This document shows positions 19,401 to 28,807 of a DNA stretch of 64,000 bases, in pieces; positions within the stretch are counted from its first letter, which is position 1; each line of letters begins with the position of its first letter. The notes under the pieces were generated by a model. That model did no database searches and was not told the DNA's origin. It saw nothing but the letters and a program-made list of their open reading frames with translations. The stretch comes from Candidatus Aminicenantes bacterium (GTDB taxonomy: Bacteria > Acidobacteriota > Aminicenantia > Aminicenantales > Saccharicenantaceae): assembly GCA_963743205.1 (NCBI GenBank), contig CAVUOW010000003.1, forward strand, positions 169,497-233,496, read 5' to 3'. Position numbers and translations under genes: made by a program.

Positions 19401-19743
19401 CTTCGTCGGGGTTGGGATGATAGGTCAGCCGGCGCGGGACGCCGCCCGCGGCCGGAACGATGTAGACATCGGTATTCCCGTCATATTGGCCGGAGAAGGC
19501 GATCGTCGCGCCGTCGGGAGAGAATGCGGGATCGTTCTCGATCCCGACGCCGGCGGTCAGCCGAATGGCCGCCCCACCGTCGCGCGGTGCGAGCCAGAGG
19601 TCGCCCGCGTAGGCGAATACGATCTGCGTCCGGCTGAGCGACGGGTGCTGGGCCAGCAGCGGCTTTTCGGCCGCCACGAGGGCTGGCCTTGCCGCGAGCG
19701 CCGCGAGAATGAAGACGCCGATGATCCTGCCGTGCTTTGTCAT
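16432..19743 (-). CDS. tricorn-protease-like S41 peptidase (beta-propeller + PDZ + S41)
   Basis: 1103 aa with a signal peptide. TolB/WD40-like repeats (DPAFSPDGATIAFSGQYDGNTDVYIV, PSWSPDGKSIAYFSD, PVWSPDSKKIAYND). C-terminal S41-like region (INEYAGSGGDMMPW). Confidence 0.85.
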   Translation of the reverse strand: MTKHGRIIGVFILAALAARPALVAAEKPLLAQHPSLSRTQIVFAYAGDLWLAPRDGGAAIRLTAGVGIENDPAFSPDGATIAFSGQYDGNTDVYIVPAAGGVPRRLTYHPNPDEVVGWTPDGKRIVFRSARSSASGIPTLFTVGLDGGFPEELPLPTGVSASFSADGSRLAYVPTMQWQVAWKRYKGGQTTPIWIVSLADLKVEKIPRDNSNDSNPLWVGDKIYFLSDRKGPVSLFVYDLATKKVDQVLPNNGLDFKSASAGPGGIIVEQFGALHLFDPATGKAHPVSVSLEGDLPEVRPHYVKVGQRISAAAISPNGARAVFEARGEILTVPAEKGDIRNLTQTTGVMERDPSWSPDGKSIAYFSDESGEYALHIRDQAGQGPAKTIGLGEPPSFFYRPVWSPDSKKIAYNDKRLTLWYVDIAKGVPVKVDTTYYYNPTFTFDFGWSPDSRWLTYAKQVPSHMDVVMVYSIESGQASQVTDGLSDAKYPAFDRSGKYLFFTASTDVGLTPGWLNMSSMDRPVTRSVYVAVLKKDLPSPLAPESDDEKPKEPEKADAAKAGAAKPAAGETKDKDKDKEAAKEPEKVVIDLEGISQRILALPVPAKNYVSLVTGKEGIVFLLEAPQAFTAMLGGSSSNSIQKFDLSTRKTDKFLDGVNGFTISATGEKILISQGPQFTIAAAAGPVEPGKGVLNTGGMEVRVEPLVEWKQMYHETWRLERDFFYDPNHHGLDLAAAEKRYAPYVEGVASRQDLNYLFEEMLGELTCGHVFVGGGDLPEVKTIGVGLLGADYKIENGRYRFARVYNGENWNPRLKAPLTQPGVNVAAGEYLLAVNGREVTAAEEVYKPFEATAGKQTVIKVGPTPDGKGAREVTVVPVGSEGGLRNLAWVEDNRRKVDKLSGGKLAYVWLPDTAEGGYTNFNRYYFAQVGKEGAVIDERFNQGGLIADYIIDYMRRPLMGYFAARDGVDYKTPVGSIYGPKVMIINEYAGSGGDMMPWLFRAAGIGPLVGMRTWGGLVGMAGAAPLMDGGFVGAPQSGFWNPNGTWDVENHGVDPDFEVQIEPAAIKAGHDAQLEKAVEVAMDLLAKNPPPKHKKPAYPDYQKKR

Positions 19744-19790
19744 TGTCCCCTCCCGGCCGATGGCTCGGCCCTTATTCGATCCCCTGCGGG

Positions 19791-21210
19791 TTAGAAGACG
19801 AGTCCGGCGCCGACGCCGAAGACGAGACGGTTCGAACCGTAGGTCATCTCGAAGCCGGGAAACGTGGAGGCCCCCGGCGAGGCCGAAGCATAACGGAGGA
19901 AGACATCGAAGGAGAGGTCGCTGACCCTCTCGCCGTCCCCCCAGACTGAGAACAGCGGTCCTTCATAGCCGAAACCGATCGAATAGTTGTTGCGGTCGAG
20001 ATCGGGATAGACGGGCGTCCGGCCCGCCTCATTGACCGAGCTCTGACGGCGGGCGTAGCCGGCCCGCAGCGCGAGGTAGCGCCCGGGACGGAATTCGAGG
20101 CCGGCCTTGATGTCCGTCGTGTCCCGCTGAGTCAGGGGAATGCCTTGGGTGCCATAGTTCAGCTCAAGGCCGTAAAACTGCTGGTATTCGGTCGTGAAAG
20201 CCGGGTTGAGGGCGGCGCCCTCGTTCACGGACCGGAAGGTCCAGTCGCCGAACTCGCTCCAGCGGTCCCACACGACGTCGAGATAAACGGACAGACTCGG
20301 GAGGGGCGTCAGCGCGAAGCCGCCGGCGATCTCGCGAGGGAATGTCAGCCGCCCGGTCACATCTTGGGTCGCATAATAGAAATCGATGAGGTCGGAGACG
20401 CGGCGCGACGGCCGATGGGGATCGGGGACCGTGACGCCGGATATATCCAGCTGCGCGTTGAAAATGTCCGTGCCCGCATAGTCGACGGGGACGCCCTGCT
20501 GGTACCTCGCCCCGATCCGGAGGGCGGGGACGACCTGCCACAGGGCTCCGGCCACGAAGCCCAGGCCGTTGCCGTGCAGACGGTGACTGCTGTCGATATC
20601 GACCGGCCGCGCGAGCGGGTAGTTCGGGATGTCGAAGGGGATCGTGTGGAGCCAGCGCAGGCTCGAAGATACGACATCGACCCCGGCGCTCAGGGCGAAG
20701 CCCTTGACCACCTCGACGGCCACGACGGACCGGAAATAGAGCGACCTCAGCCGGTTGCGCTCATTGAGCGTTTCTCCACTCCAGCCCGGAGTCCAGTACG
20801 ATTCGTAGTTGTAGGGAGAAAAGAGTCCCGTGCCGATCGTGACCCGCTTGAACGGCTGCCAGGACATGGCGATCGAGCCCAAGAACTCGGACGGCGCGGT
20901 CCGGTAAGGCCCTGGGCCTCCATCGGGCCAGGCCGCGGTCGTCGTCCGCGTGCTGAAGGCGATATTCGTCTTGAGGCGGAACCCGGTGAGGAAGGCCAGG
21001 CCGGCGGGATTGTAGAAGAGGGCGGAGGCGTCGTCCGCGAGGGCCGTGAAGGCCCCGCCGAGGGCCGCGGCCCGGGCGCTCGGTTCGTGAAAGCTGAAAT
21101 CGTCGGCGCCGAGGCGGGATGGGACGAGGGCCAGGGCCAGGGCCAGGGCGAGAACGAGGGCTGGAACGGGCCCTCTCGACCGGGAGGTTCTTGTTCGACA
21201 AGATGATCAT
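19791..21210 (-). CDS. FadL/OMPP1/TodX-family outer-membrane channel (frame break near the 5' end)
   Basis: The frame of the 363-aa ORF stays open upstream of 20882 and encodes PVPALVLALALALALVPSRLGADDFSFHEPSARAAALGGAFTALADDASALFYNPAGLAFL (FadL N-terminal signature). That frame has no ATG/GTG/TTG. ATG 21210 is in another frame (MIILSNKNLPVER), implying a 1-nt indel near 21165-21185. The C-terminus ends ...GAGLVF. Confidence 0.7.
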
Positions 21211-21325
21211 GATGCTCGGCCTGCTTCCGAGCGGGCTATCTTAGCACCGACCGGGGGGAATGGGAAGCGGCCCGGATTGACAAAAGCTGGAACGGGCCTC
21301 ATAGTCATTTTATCCGGAGGCCGGC

Positions 21326-23356
21326 ATGCGGCGCGGCGGCAAACGCGGCACTCTCCTTGTGGTTCTTGCGCTGGCGTCCCTCTCCGTCCCTTTCCTTATC
21401 GGAGCCGCCGGGTCCGGACGTCCCGGGTCGTCCGGCCAGGCGAAGAGCAAGGCGCCCGAGGCGTCCCTCCAGCACGAGGTCACCGTCACCCTGAAGCTCA
21501 TCCAGGTCTTTGTCACCGACGCCCAGGGAAAAGCGGCCATGGACTTGAACAAGTCCGATTTCGCGTTGTATGACAATGGCGCGCTCCAGGCGATCACGGA
21601 TTTCGAGAGTCACGTCCTGGCCGCGCCGCCGATCGAGCGCGCCGAGGCGGCCCCCGCTCCGTCAGCGGCCGGGAAGGCCGCGGCTCCGCTCGTCAGCCGC
21701 AAATTCTTCTTCATTATCGATTACGTGAGGAACAAGCTCGAAGGCGTCATGAAGGCACGGAACGCCGTCCTCGAGTTCATGGACACGAAGGTCCAGCCCG
21801 GAGACGAAGTCTCGCTTTATACGCTGTCCTCGCTCGGCGGATTGGTCCTCCACGAATATCTCACCACGGACCACGGCAAGCTCAGGCGGACGCTCATGAA
21901 GCTGCGCGACGTGCCAGGCATCACTCCCGTCGCCGACGAGAGCTCGGGCGCGCACGAACCCATGGGCATGGAGGTCATGAACGCCGAGATCTTCGGCCCG
22001 CACGGCGGGCACAGCGGGACCGGCAGCCGGAATCACTTCGCCGAGATCGCGGCCTGGGCCAAGTCCCTCAGGGCCATTCCCGGCCAGAAGAACGTCATTC
22101 TGTTCTCGCAGGGATTCGGCGGGGCCGTCATCCGGCCCGGCGATTCCGCAAACTCGCTCTTTCAGCTGATGACGAGGGAGCTCGCCACGGCCAACGCGCC
22201 GGTCTTCACGGTCAACACCACAACCGGAGTCGACGACAAGATCGCCCTTGGCGTCTTCCCTGAATTATCGCTTGACTATCTCTCGCGGACGACCGGCGGG
22301 AGATATTTCCCGGACGTCAACTATTATGCCCGGATCGCAACAGACATCCAGGATTCGACAGCCAATTACTATGTCCTCGGCTACAGCATCCCCGCCGCCT
22401 GGGACGGGAAGTACCATGACGTCAAGGTCGACGTCGTCAAGCCCGGATACAAGGTCTATGCCCAAAGGGGCTACTTCAATCCTGAGCCGTTCGCGAAGCT
22501 CTCGCCCGTCGAAAAACACCTGCACCTGATCGGCGTTGCTTTGGGTGACGCGGCCTCTTCGGCGAGAGATTTGGATTTCCCGATGACGGCCGTTCCGTTC
22601 GCGACGACGGGCCAGTTGGGCGACGTCCTCCTTCTTTCCGAGCTCTCCGTCCCCTCGGTCCGGAACGCGGTCGGCGACCGCACGGAATTCGTCAGCCTGG
22701 TCTTGAACGAGAACAACGCCATCGTCGACGGGAAGAGAGTGGAGCTCGATTGGAAAGAATTCGTCGCCGGCACGGTCTATCAGTATTCGACGGTCTCGCT
22801 GGCGCCGGGGCGATACGACTGCCGTGCCGTCATCAGGAACCTCGACGACGGGCGGGCGGCCGTCGGATCCTGTTCGATCGACGTCGCCTCTCCGCAGACC
22901 GGAGGTCCGACCCTTTTTCCGCCGCTTCTCCTCGTCCGCGGGCCTGAAGCGCGGTATCTCAACGTCGCCCCGCAAGCGAAGGGGAGCGGCGAGCTGGGCC
23001 TCTCGATCTCCCGGATCTTCCCCTTTCCGGCCAAAGAATATGTTCCCCTCGTGGGCGCGCTCGAGCAGCGCACGACCTCACTTTTCGCCACCCTGCGCTG
23101 CGAATGGAAGGAAGAGCGTCGCGGCGAGGGTCAGATGGATCTCTCGGCTTGGCTCTCGCCCGAAGGAAGCGAGGAAAGGGAGCCAGTCGAATTAAAGCTG
23201 CTCGAAAGCGTCAGCCGCGACGAAGCGGACTTCTATCTTCTCGAGTTCGGGCTTCCCGATTATCTCATGCCCGGACGCTATCGGCTCGAGATCCAAGCCG
23301 AGGACATGGTGAAGGGCTCGATCGTCCGCACGACGGGCTCGTTCACCGTCCATTAA
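21326..23356 (+). CDS. VWA-domain protein of the acidobacterial VWFA-related type
   Basis: 676 aa with a signal peptide. The N-terminal EVTVTLKLIQVFVTDAQGKAAMDLNKSDFALYDNGALQAITDFE resembles the VWFA-related acidobacterial domain family (TIGR03436, from memory). Confidence 0.65.
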   Translation: MRRGGKRGTLLVVLALASLSVPFLIGAAGSGRPGSSGQAKSKAPEASLQHEVTVTLKLIQVFVTDAQGKAAMDLNKSDFALYDNGALQAITDFESHVLAAPPIERAEAAPAPSAAGKAAAPLVSRKFFFIIDYVRNKLEGVMKARNAVLEFMDTKVQPGDEVSLYTLSSLGGLVLHEYLTTDHGKLRRTLMKLRDVPGITPVADESSGAHEPMGMEVMNAEIFGPHGGHSGTGSRNHFAEIAAWAKSLRAIPGQKNVILFSQGFGGAVIRPGDSANSLFQLMTRELATANAPVFTVNTTTGVDDKIALGVFPELSLDYLSRTTGGRYFPDVNYYARIATDIQDSTANYYVLGYSIPAAWDGKYHDVKVDVVKPGYKVYAQRGYFNPEPFAKLSPVEKHLHLIGVALGDAASSARDLDFPMTAVPFATTGQLGDVLLLSELSVPSVRNAVGDRTEFVSLVLNENNAIVDGKRVELDWKEFVAGTVYQYSTVSLAPGRYDCRAVIRNLDDGRAAVGSCSIDVASPQTGGPTLFPPLLLVRGPEARYLNVAPQAKGSGELGLSISRIFPFPAKEYVPLVGALEQRTTSLFATLRCEWKEERRGEGQMDLSAWLSPEGSEEREPVELKLLESVSRDEADFYLLEFGLPDYLMPGRYRLEIQAEDMVKGSIVRTTGSFTVH

Positions 23357-23360
23357 TTTC

Positions 23361-23500
23361 GGTGACACACAACTAAATACACTTAATTCCCTCGCCGTTG
23401 GCCAGACCTGATGCGGAGTCAAGGCTATCCTGCAGCGAGTCTGAGCTAAGAGGAGCCGGCCCAGCTGAAGATAATTAAGTGTATTTAGTTGTGTGTCACC
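23361..23500. repeat. family-A palindromic element, copy A2 (28-nt perfect arms, 84-nt loop)
   Basis: Same arms as A1. It sits 4 nt after the VWA stop (23356) and 5 nt before the GH38 stop (23506). Confidence 0.9.
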
Positions 23501-23505
23501 GTTTC

Positions 23506-26076
23506 TTATTTGCGGACGAGCCGGATGGTCTTGATCTCGTAGGGTGCGAGCGGCACCGTGATCGACGTGCCCGAGCCGATCGTCTTTCCGGTCGGTCGCT
23601 CGATCAGATCGCACTCGCTGGCTTCGACTTTCCAGGGGAGCTCGATCTTGGCCTCGGTCTTCTCGCCGTGGATCTCGTAGAGCCTGAGGATGAGGCCCCA
23701 CTCGGCGTAGCCCATCTCCTTCTTCACCGCGGACAGGATGACGTTCGCCGGACCGACCTTGATGAACGAGTGGACCTTGGGCAGATCTCCGCCGTGAACG
23801 AGCGGCGCTCGCGCGATCAGGGGATTTCCGAGTTCCAGGCCTTTTCGCGTCACCGCCGCGCCCTTCCAGTCCCCGCTGTGGGGGAGGACCGAGTAGAGGA
23901 GCTCCTGGCGGCCGCGGTCGGCTTCGGAGTCGGGGTAGGTGGCCCCGTGGACGACGGACATGCGCATGACGCCGCCCTTGACGTCGAAGCCGTACTTCGA
24001 ATCGTTGAGGAGCGCCGTTCCGTATTGACCCGACCCGTCCGTGACATCGATCCAGCGCAGGGCCGGGACTTCCGTCCCGTCGGCGGGGCGGGCGATCGAG
24101 CCGTAGGGGATCTCGAAACGGGCGGCCGGAGATTTGATGTCGAGCGGGAAGGCCGCCTTGATCATGATGTTCCGCTCGCGCCAGTCGAGGCTCGTCCGGC
24201 AGTCGAGCCGCGGCAGGCCCCGATAGAGGGTCAGGTCCTGGACGAAGGTCGAGTCGCGGAAGCGCGATTTGACCCGGAGGACGACCCGCACCGGGCCGCG
24301 CTCGACGAGCTCGATCGTCGCGCCGTTCTCCCCGGCCCGACCGGCGAGTCCCTTGAAGCCCAGCTCCCAGGCCGACATCTCTTTGGGCTCGTCGATGACC
24401 GCTTCGAGGACGTTCCCGGGACCGGCCAGGACTTCGCGCTTGGCCGTCTTGTCGAAGAGGCTTTCGATCCAGCCGGTCTTCGGGTCGAGGCGGACCTTGA
24501 GGAAATCGTTTTCGATCTCGGTGGCGCTGGCCTTAACGCTCGTCGGGCCGGCCCCCTCCGTCTCGGCCGGGATGACGCGATAGAGCTTGTAGCCGAGCGA
24601 GGGCACGCCCTCGGCCATGAAGACGACGCGGAAGGTCGTATTGTCGCCCTGGGCGCGCTTCTCCAGCACCTGGACGGGGATGTCTTTCCCCTCGCCGTCG
24701 GTCATGCGCACGGTGCCGCCCCAGGGCTTGGCCGTCTTCGCGTCCGGCGGGACGACGATGTCGGCGAAAGCGGGCTCCGTCCGCTCCCAGAAGAGCGGGT
24801 TGTAGACGACGACCGGGAAACCCTCGCCCCTCGTGTCGATCGCGTTCCCGATCGTCTCGAGCGAGAAGTCGAGCGCCCGCTCGCCCCGCATCCGCGCCTG
24901 CCGGTAGAATCCGCCGACCTCGTCGTAGACGGGGCCGATGCTCGAGCCGTCGAGGATGTCGTGGAACTGGTTGCGGAGGACGATCTTCCAGGCTTCGTCG
25001 ATGTCACGCTCGGGATAGTAGTCCCGGTATCCCGAGGTCGCGGCGATCGCGGAGAACTTCTCGGCCGTGACGAGGAGGCTTTCGAGCTGGCGGTTGTTCT
25101 TCTTGGTCGCCGTCTGGGTCGTGTAGCAGGCCGGGAAGGTGAAGTTGAGCTCGCGCTTGACGACCGGGAGCGCGGCGCCGTTCGCGGCGGCGATCCCCTT
25201 GAGATAGGGCTCGGGGAGGTCGAAGACGAGCCGGGGCTCGTTCGGGTCCTCCCGGTATTTCTTGATCGCGGCCAGGTCCACGTCCCGCGGCCCGCCGCCG
25301 TGGTCCCCGGCGCCGTAGAGGATCATGAAGTCCTTGATGTCGGTGTTCTTGCGCGCGGTCTCGAGGATCTTGCGCGTTCCGTCCTGGAGACTGACGTTGT
25401 ACCAGCCGGCCGGCACGTATCCGAGGACGCGCGAGCCGTCCATCCCTTCCCACCAGAAGAAATGGGTCGGGTCCGGTCCGGGCGCGCAGCGGCCGAAGAC
25501 GTAGGAGTCGATCCCGGCGCGGCGCAGGATCTGGGGCAGCTGCCAGTTGTGGCCGAAGGTGTCGGGGTTCCAGCCGACCTTGACGTCGACGCCGAACTTG
25601 TCGAGGAAATAGCGCTTGCCGTAGAGGAGCTGGCGGGCGAGCGCTTCGCCGTCGGGCATGTTGGCGTCGGGCTCGACCCACATGCCGCCGACCGGGACCC
25701 AGGTCCCTTCCTTGATCTTGCGCGTGATCTCGGCGAAGAGCTCGGGCTGGTCCTTTTCGATCGCGTCGTAGATCGCGGCCTGGCTCTGGGCGAATGTCAG
25801 ACCGGGCATCTTGTCCATCTGGGCCAGGGTCCCCTTGAAGGTGTAACGGGCGATATCGGACACGGTCTCTTCCCAGCGCCAGAGCCAGCTCAGGTCGATG
25901 TGGGCGTGGCCGACGAGATGGGCCGTGAGCGTGCGCGGCGGCACGGGCGCCGGGGCGGCCGCGGCCGCCGGCTTCTGGGCCGATGCGGTCTGACCGGGGC
26001 CACCGATCGCCGTCGAGGCGGCCAGCGCGATGACGGCTATGAGGACGACGAGAGTGCGAAGCGAACGGATCTTCAT
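23506..26076 (-). CDS. GH38 alpha-mannosidase
   Basis: 856 aa with a signal peptide. GHAHIDLSWLWRWEETV motif typical of the GH38 N-terminal catalytic domain. Length and C-terminal beta-rich region fit. Confidence 0.8.
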   Translation of the reverse strand: MKIRSLRTLVVLIAVIALAASTAIGGPGQTASAQKPAAAAAPAPVPPRTLTAHLVGHAHIDLSWLWRWEETVSDIARYTFKGTLAQMDKMPGLTFAQSQAAIYDAIEKDQPELFAEITRKIKEGTWVPVGGMWVEPDANMPDGEALARQLLYGKRYFLDKFGVDVKVGWNPDTFGHNWQLPQILRRAGIDSYVFGRCAPGPDPTHFFWWEGMDGSRVLGYVPAGWYNVSLQDGTRKILETARKNTDIKDFMILYGAGDHGGGPRDVDLAAIKKYREDPNEPRLVFDLPEPYLKGIAAANGAALPVVKRELNFTFPACYTTQTATKKNNRQLESLLVTAEKFSAIAATSGYRDYYPERDIDEAWKIVLRNQFHDILDGSSIGPVYDEVGGFYRQARMRGERALDFSLETIGNAIDTRGEGFPVVVYNPLFWERTEPAFADIVVPPDAKTAKPWGGTVRMTDGEGKDIPVQVLEKRAQGDNTTFRVVFMAEGVPSLGYKLYRVIPAETEGAGPTSVKASATEIENDFLKVRLDPKTGWIESLFDKTAKREVLAGPGNVLEAVIDEPKEMSAWELGFKGLAGRAGENGATIELVERGPVRVVLRVKSRFRDSTFVQDLTLYRGLPRLDCRTSLDWRERNIMIKAAFPLDIKSPAARFEIPYGSIARPADGTEVPALRWIDVTDGSGQYGTALLNDSKYGFDVKGGVMRMSVVHGATYPDSEADRGRQELLYSVLPHSGDWKGAAVTRKGLELGNPLIARAPLVHGGDLPKVHSFIKVGPANVILSAVKKEMGYAEWGLILRLYEIHGEKTEAKIELPWKVEASECDLIERPTGKTIGSGTSITVPLAPYEIKTIRLVRK

Positions 26077-26211
26077 GGGTTGCCTCCTCCGGACGGACGC
26101 CCCAGGGCCCGCCAGGTGCTCTGATTATAGGGTTTCCGGGAGGTCGAACTCAACCCCTAAAGGACTCGGATTCGACGCCAGCCCGTTTTTGGCGGCGCTG
26201 GGCCGCCCTGA

Positions 26212-27601
26212 CTAGAAGATGAAGCCGACGCCGAGTCCCGCGACCCAGCGCTTGGCGCCGTAGATGAGCGCGGGATCGGTCAGCGCAGAGGTGACCGTGC
26301 CGGCCGAAGCGTAGCGGACGAAGACGTCGAGCGAGAGCTGGCTGACGGCCTTTTCCGAATCCCAAATGGCGAACAGCGGGCCCTCGTAGCCGGCCCCGAA
26401 CGAGTAGACGCTGAAGCCGTGGTCGGGATAGAGGGGGGTCTGCCGGCCGTCCGGGACGGAGCTCCCATGACGGGCGAAGCCGGCCCTGAAGGCGAACCAT
26501 TTTCCTGCGCGATACTCCACGCCGGCCATGAGCTTTCTCGAATCCTTGAGGGTCAGGGCGACTCCCTGGATCCCGTAATTGGGCTCGATGCCGTAGAACT
26601 CCCGGTAGAGGGGCGGGAACGCCGGGCTCAGGTCGCCGCCCTCTTTCACGGACGTGAACGTCCACTGTCCGAATTCGCTCCACCGGTCCCACTGGAGGTC
26701 GAACGAGAGCGACAGGTTTCGGATGGGGGTCAGGGAGACGCCGCAGGCGATCTCGCGGGGCAGGGTCATCCGGCCCGTGACCTTCTGGCTGGTGTAGAAC
26801 ATGCTCAAGAGATCGCTCAGGATGCGGTACGGACGGTCCGGGGCGGGGAGGTCGGACCCTGAAGTTCCGTAATCGAACATATAGCTGTTGACCCCGGTGA
26901 GATCGATCGCGACACTCTTCTGATATCTCGCCCCGAACTGGAGCCCGGGAAGGGCCTTCCACATGACGCCGGCCGCGAGACCCACGCGGTGTCCTCTCAG
27001 CTCGTAAAAGCTGGTCACCTTGGCGGGTTCAGGGAGAGGGTAGTTAGGGACATCGAAGGGGATCTTGTGGTCCCAGCCCACTCTCAGCGAGACGAGATCG
27101 AGGGCGACACTGAAGGCCAGCCCTTTCAGCGGCTCGACGGCCACGGCGGACCTGAATGTCAACGCGTTGAGTTTTGCGGCGATGGAGACATCTTCCGCAC
27201 TAAAGGAGCGCGGCCAGCGCGAATCGAAATTGAAGGGCGAATAGAGACCGAACCCGAAGCTGATCCCCCGGGCCGGGCGCCAGGCCAGGAACTGACTTCC
27301 CCGGATCTCCCGCGGCCCGTTGGGGAAGGTCAGGCCCGTGTCCGCCCGGGTGGCGCTCATCGTCCGGGCGTCGAACGTCAGGTTGGTCTTGAAGCGCCAG
27401 CCCCCGAGGAAGGCCAGGCCCGGCGGGGTTGTAGAAGATCGCCGAAATATCGTCCGCCCTGGCCGTGAAGGAACCGCCGAGAGCGGCGGCCCTGGCCCCG
27501 ATCTCGTGAAAGGTGAAGTCGTCGGCCCGGAGAGGATGCGGCGGCAGAAGCACAAAACTGAGGGCCATCGAAACGGCGAGAAGGCGGGTGATACGGGTCA
27601 T
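26212..27601 (-). CDS. FadL/OMPP1/TodX-family outer-membrane channel, paralog of 19791..21210 (frame break)
   Basis: ATG 27601 gives MTRITRLLAVSMALSFVLLPPHPLRADDFTFHEIGARAAALGGSFTARADDISAIFYNPAG. The 447-aa ORF continues LAFLGGWRFKTNLTF in another frame. The junction at ~27415-27430 has GGCCAGGCCCGGCGGGG where the paralog has GGCCAGGCCGGCGGGA (one extra C). Ends ...GVGFIF. Confidence 0.7.
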
Positions 27602-27608
27602 CGGGGCC

Positions 27609-28556
27609 TCAATCGCGGACTTCGAACTCGACGGTGAAGAACTTGAAATCTTTGTAGACGACTTCGGTTTTCGAGCGGACGAACGCCTTGCCGGATTCCT
27701 TGAGGTAGGTTTCCTCGACGGACAGTCGGCTGGGGAACCGGATGCCGTTCTTCTCGGCGCTGAACTCGGAGCGGATGTTGAGCCGGGGCTTGCGCTTGAA
27801 GGCCTCGCCCCTCTTGGCGAACACGTCGAAGTTCCCGACCCGGTCCTCGCTCCACTCGATCTTGAGGATGTTCCCCGTGGCGGGGTCGATCCAGGATCTG
27901 CCGTAAAGGTTCCGGGAGGCCGGCGCCCCGGGCTTGGGTTCGGCGTCGACGATGACCACGGCGGTCTCGTCGATCCGGTCACGGCCGGCGATCGTAAAAT
28001 CGTAGCCGGGCTGGAAGCGCTGGCCGAACAATCCGACCGGCGCGAGAAGAGCGGTGCCGAAGACGACGATCGACGTTTGGAGCTCGGCGTTGGGCACCAT
28101 CTTCCTCTTGCCGTTCTCCTCGAGCTGGTTGCGGATCTCGCGGATGGCCCGTCCGGCCCGGATGCATTGGTAGTCGTAGACGAAGCTGCGCTTGATCTTC
28201 CTGACGGTGCTGATCACGAGCGTCGGTCCGATATAGTTCGATGCGCCCGGCCCCGTATAGTTCGTCGAGCCGGGACCCAGTTGGAGGCCTTTTTGTGCGG
28301 CATCGAGCTTCGGGTCGATCGTCTCGCGGATCTCCTCGCGGCAGACGAAATCGAAGGCCGAGCTCTCGAGCTTGCGGCAGTATTCGGCGGCCTTGGCCAG
28401 GATGTCATCGAGAGACGATGAGACAGGGGGGAGGGGACTTGGAGACGGCTTCTGGGGCGGAACGTTTTGGGCCGGGGCCAGGGCGTCAGGCAGGAACGCA
28501 AGGGCCAGGACAGCGATCATCGCGGCGATCGATCGTGAAATGCGCTTGCCCGGCAT
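27609..28556 (-). CDS. hypothetical secreted protein
   Basis: 315 aa with signal peptide MPGKRISRSIAAMIAVLALAFLP. No family recognised. Directly upstream of, and co-directional with, the FadL paralog. Confidence 0.55.
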   Translation of the reverse strand: MPGKRISRSIAAMIAVLALAFLPDALAPAQNVPPQKPSPSPLPPVSSSLDDILAKAAEYCRKLESSAFDFVCREEIRETIDPKLDAAQKGLQLGPGSTNYTGPGASNYIGPTLVISTVRKIKRSFVYDYQCIRAGRAIREIRNQLEENGKRKMVPNAELQTSIVVFGTALLAPVGLFGQRFQPGYDFTIAGRDRIDETAVVIVDAEPKPGAPASRNLYGRSWIDPATGNILKIEWSEDRVGNFDVFAKRGEAFKRKPRLNIRSEFSAEKNGIRFPSRLSVEETYLKESGKAFVRSKTEVVYKDFKFFTVEFEVRD

Positions 28557-28723
28557 GGTTCCTCGCAGGACCGCGGCTTTCTCGCCCCGAGATCAGGATA
28601 GGCCCCCTCTCTGGGGAAAGCAAGCCGCAGAAGGTCCGCAGTTGAATTCGCTCCGGCCCCGATCGATGTTTAGGGAAGAAGGGGTTTGACCCCTTCTTGT
28701 GGCATTCGGGCTATCATAATTTC

Positions 28724-28790
28724 GGTGACACATAACTAAACTCACTTAATTCCCCAATAAATAATTAAGTGTATTTAGTTGTGTGTCACC
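28724..28790. repeat. family-A palindromic element, copy A3 (28-nt arms, 11-nt loop, 3 mismatches in left arm)
   Basis: GGTGACACATAACTAAACTCACTTAATT-ccccaataaat-AATTAAGTGTATTTAGTTGTGTGTCACC, flanked by AATTTC/GAATT. Lies in a divergent intergenic region. Confidence 0.85.
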
Positions 28791-28807
28791 GAATTGGGGA
28801 GGACGCG

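Noticed and set aside
23479-26124. 881-aa plus-strand ORF opposite the GH38 gene
   Set aside because: It is an antisense shadow ORF of a GC-rich gene. Composition is R/G/D/E/A/P-rich with no motifs, and its start lies inside palindromic repeat A2 (MYLVVCHR...). The minus-strand GH38 reading has clear family motifs.
16321-28790. Family-A palindromes as integron attC sites (imperfect inverted repeats with variable centre, 67-140 bp)
   Set aside because: The ends do not fit the RYYYAAC/GTTRRRY core sites. The flanking genes are large, convergent, housekeeping-like genes rather than promoterless cassettes. No intI is present in the window.
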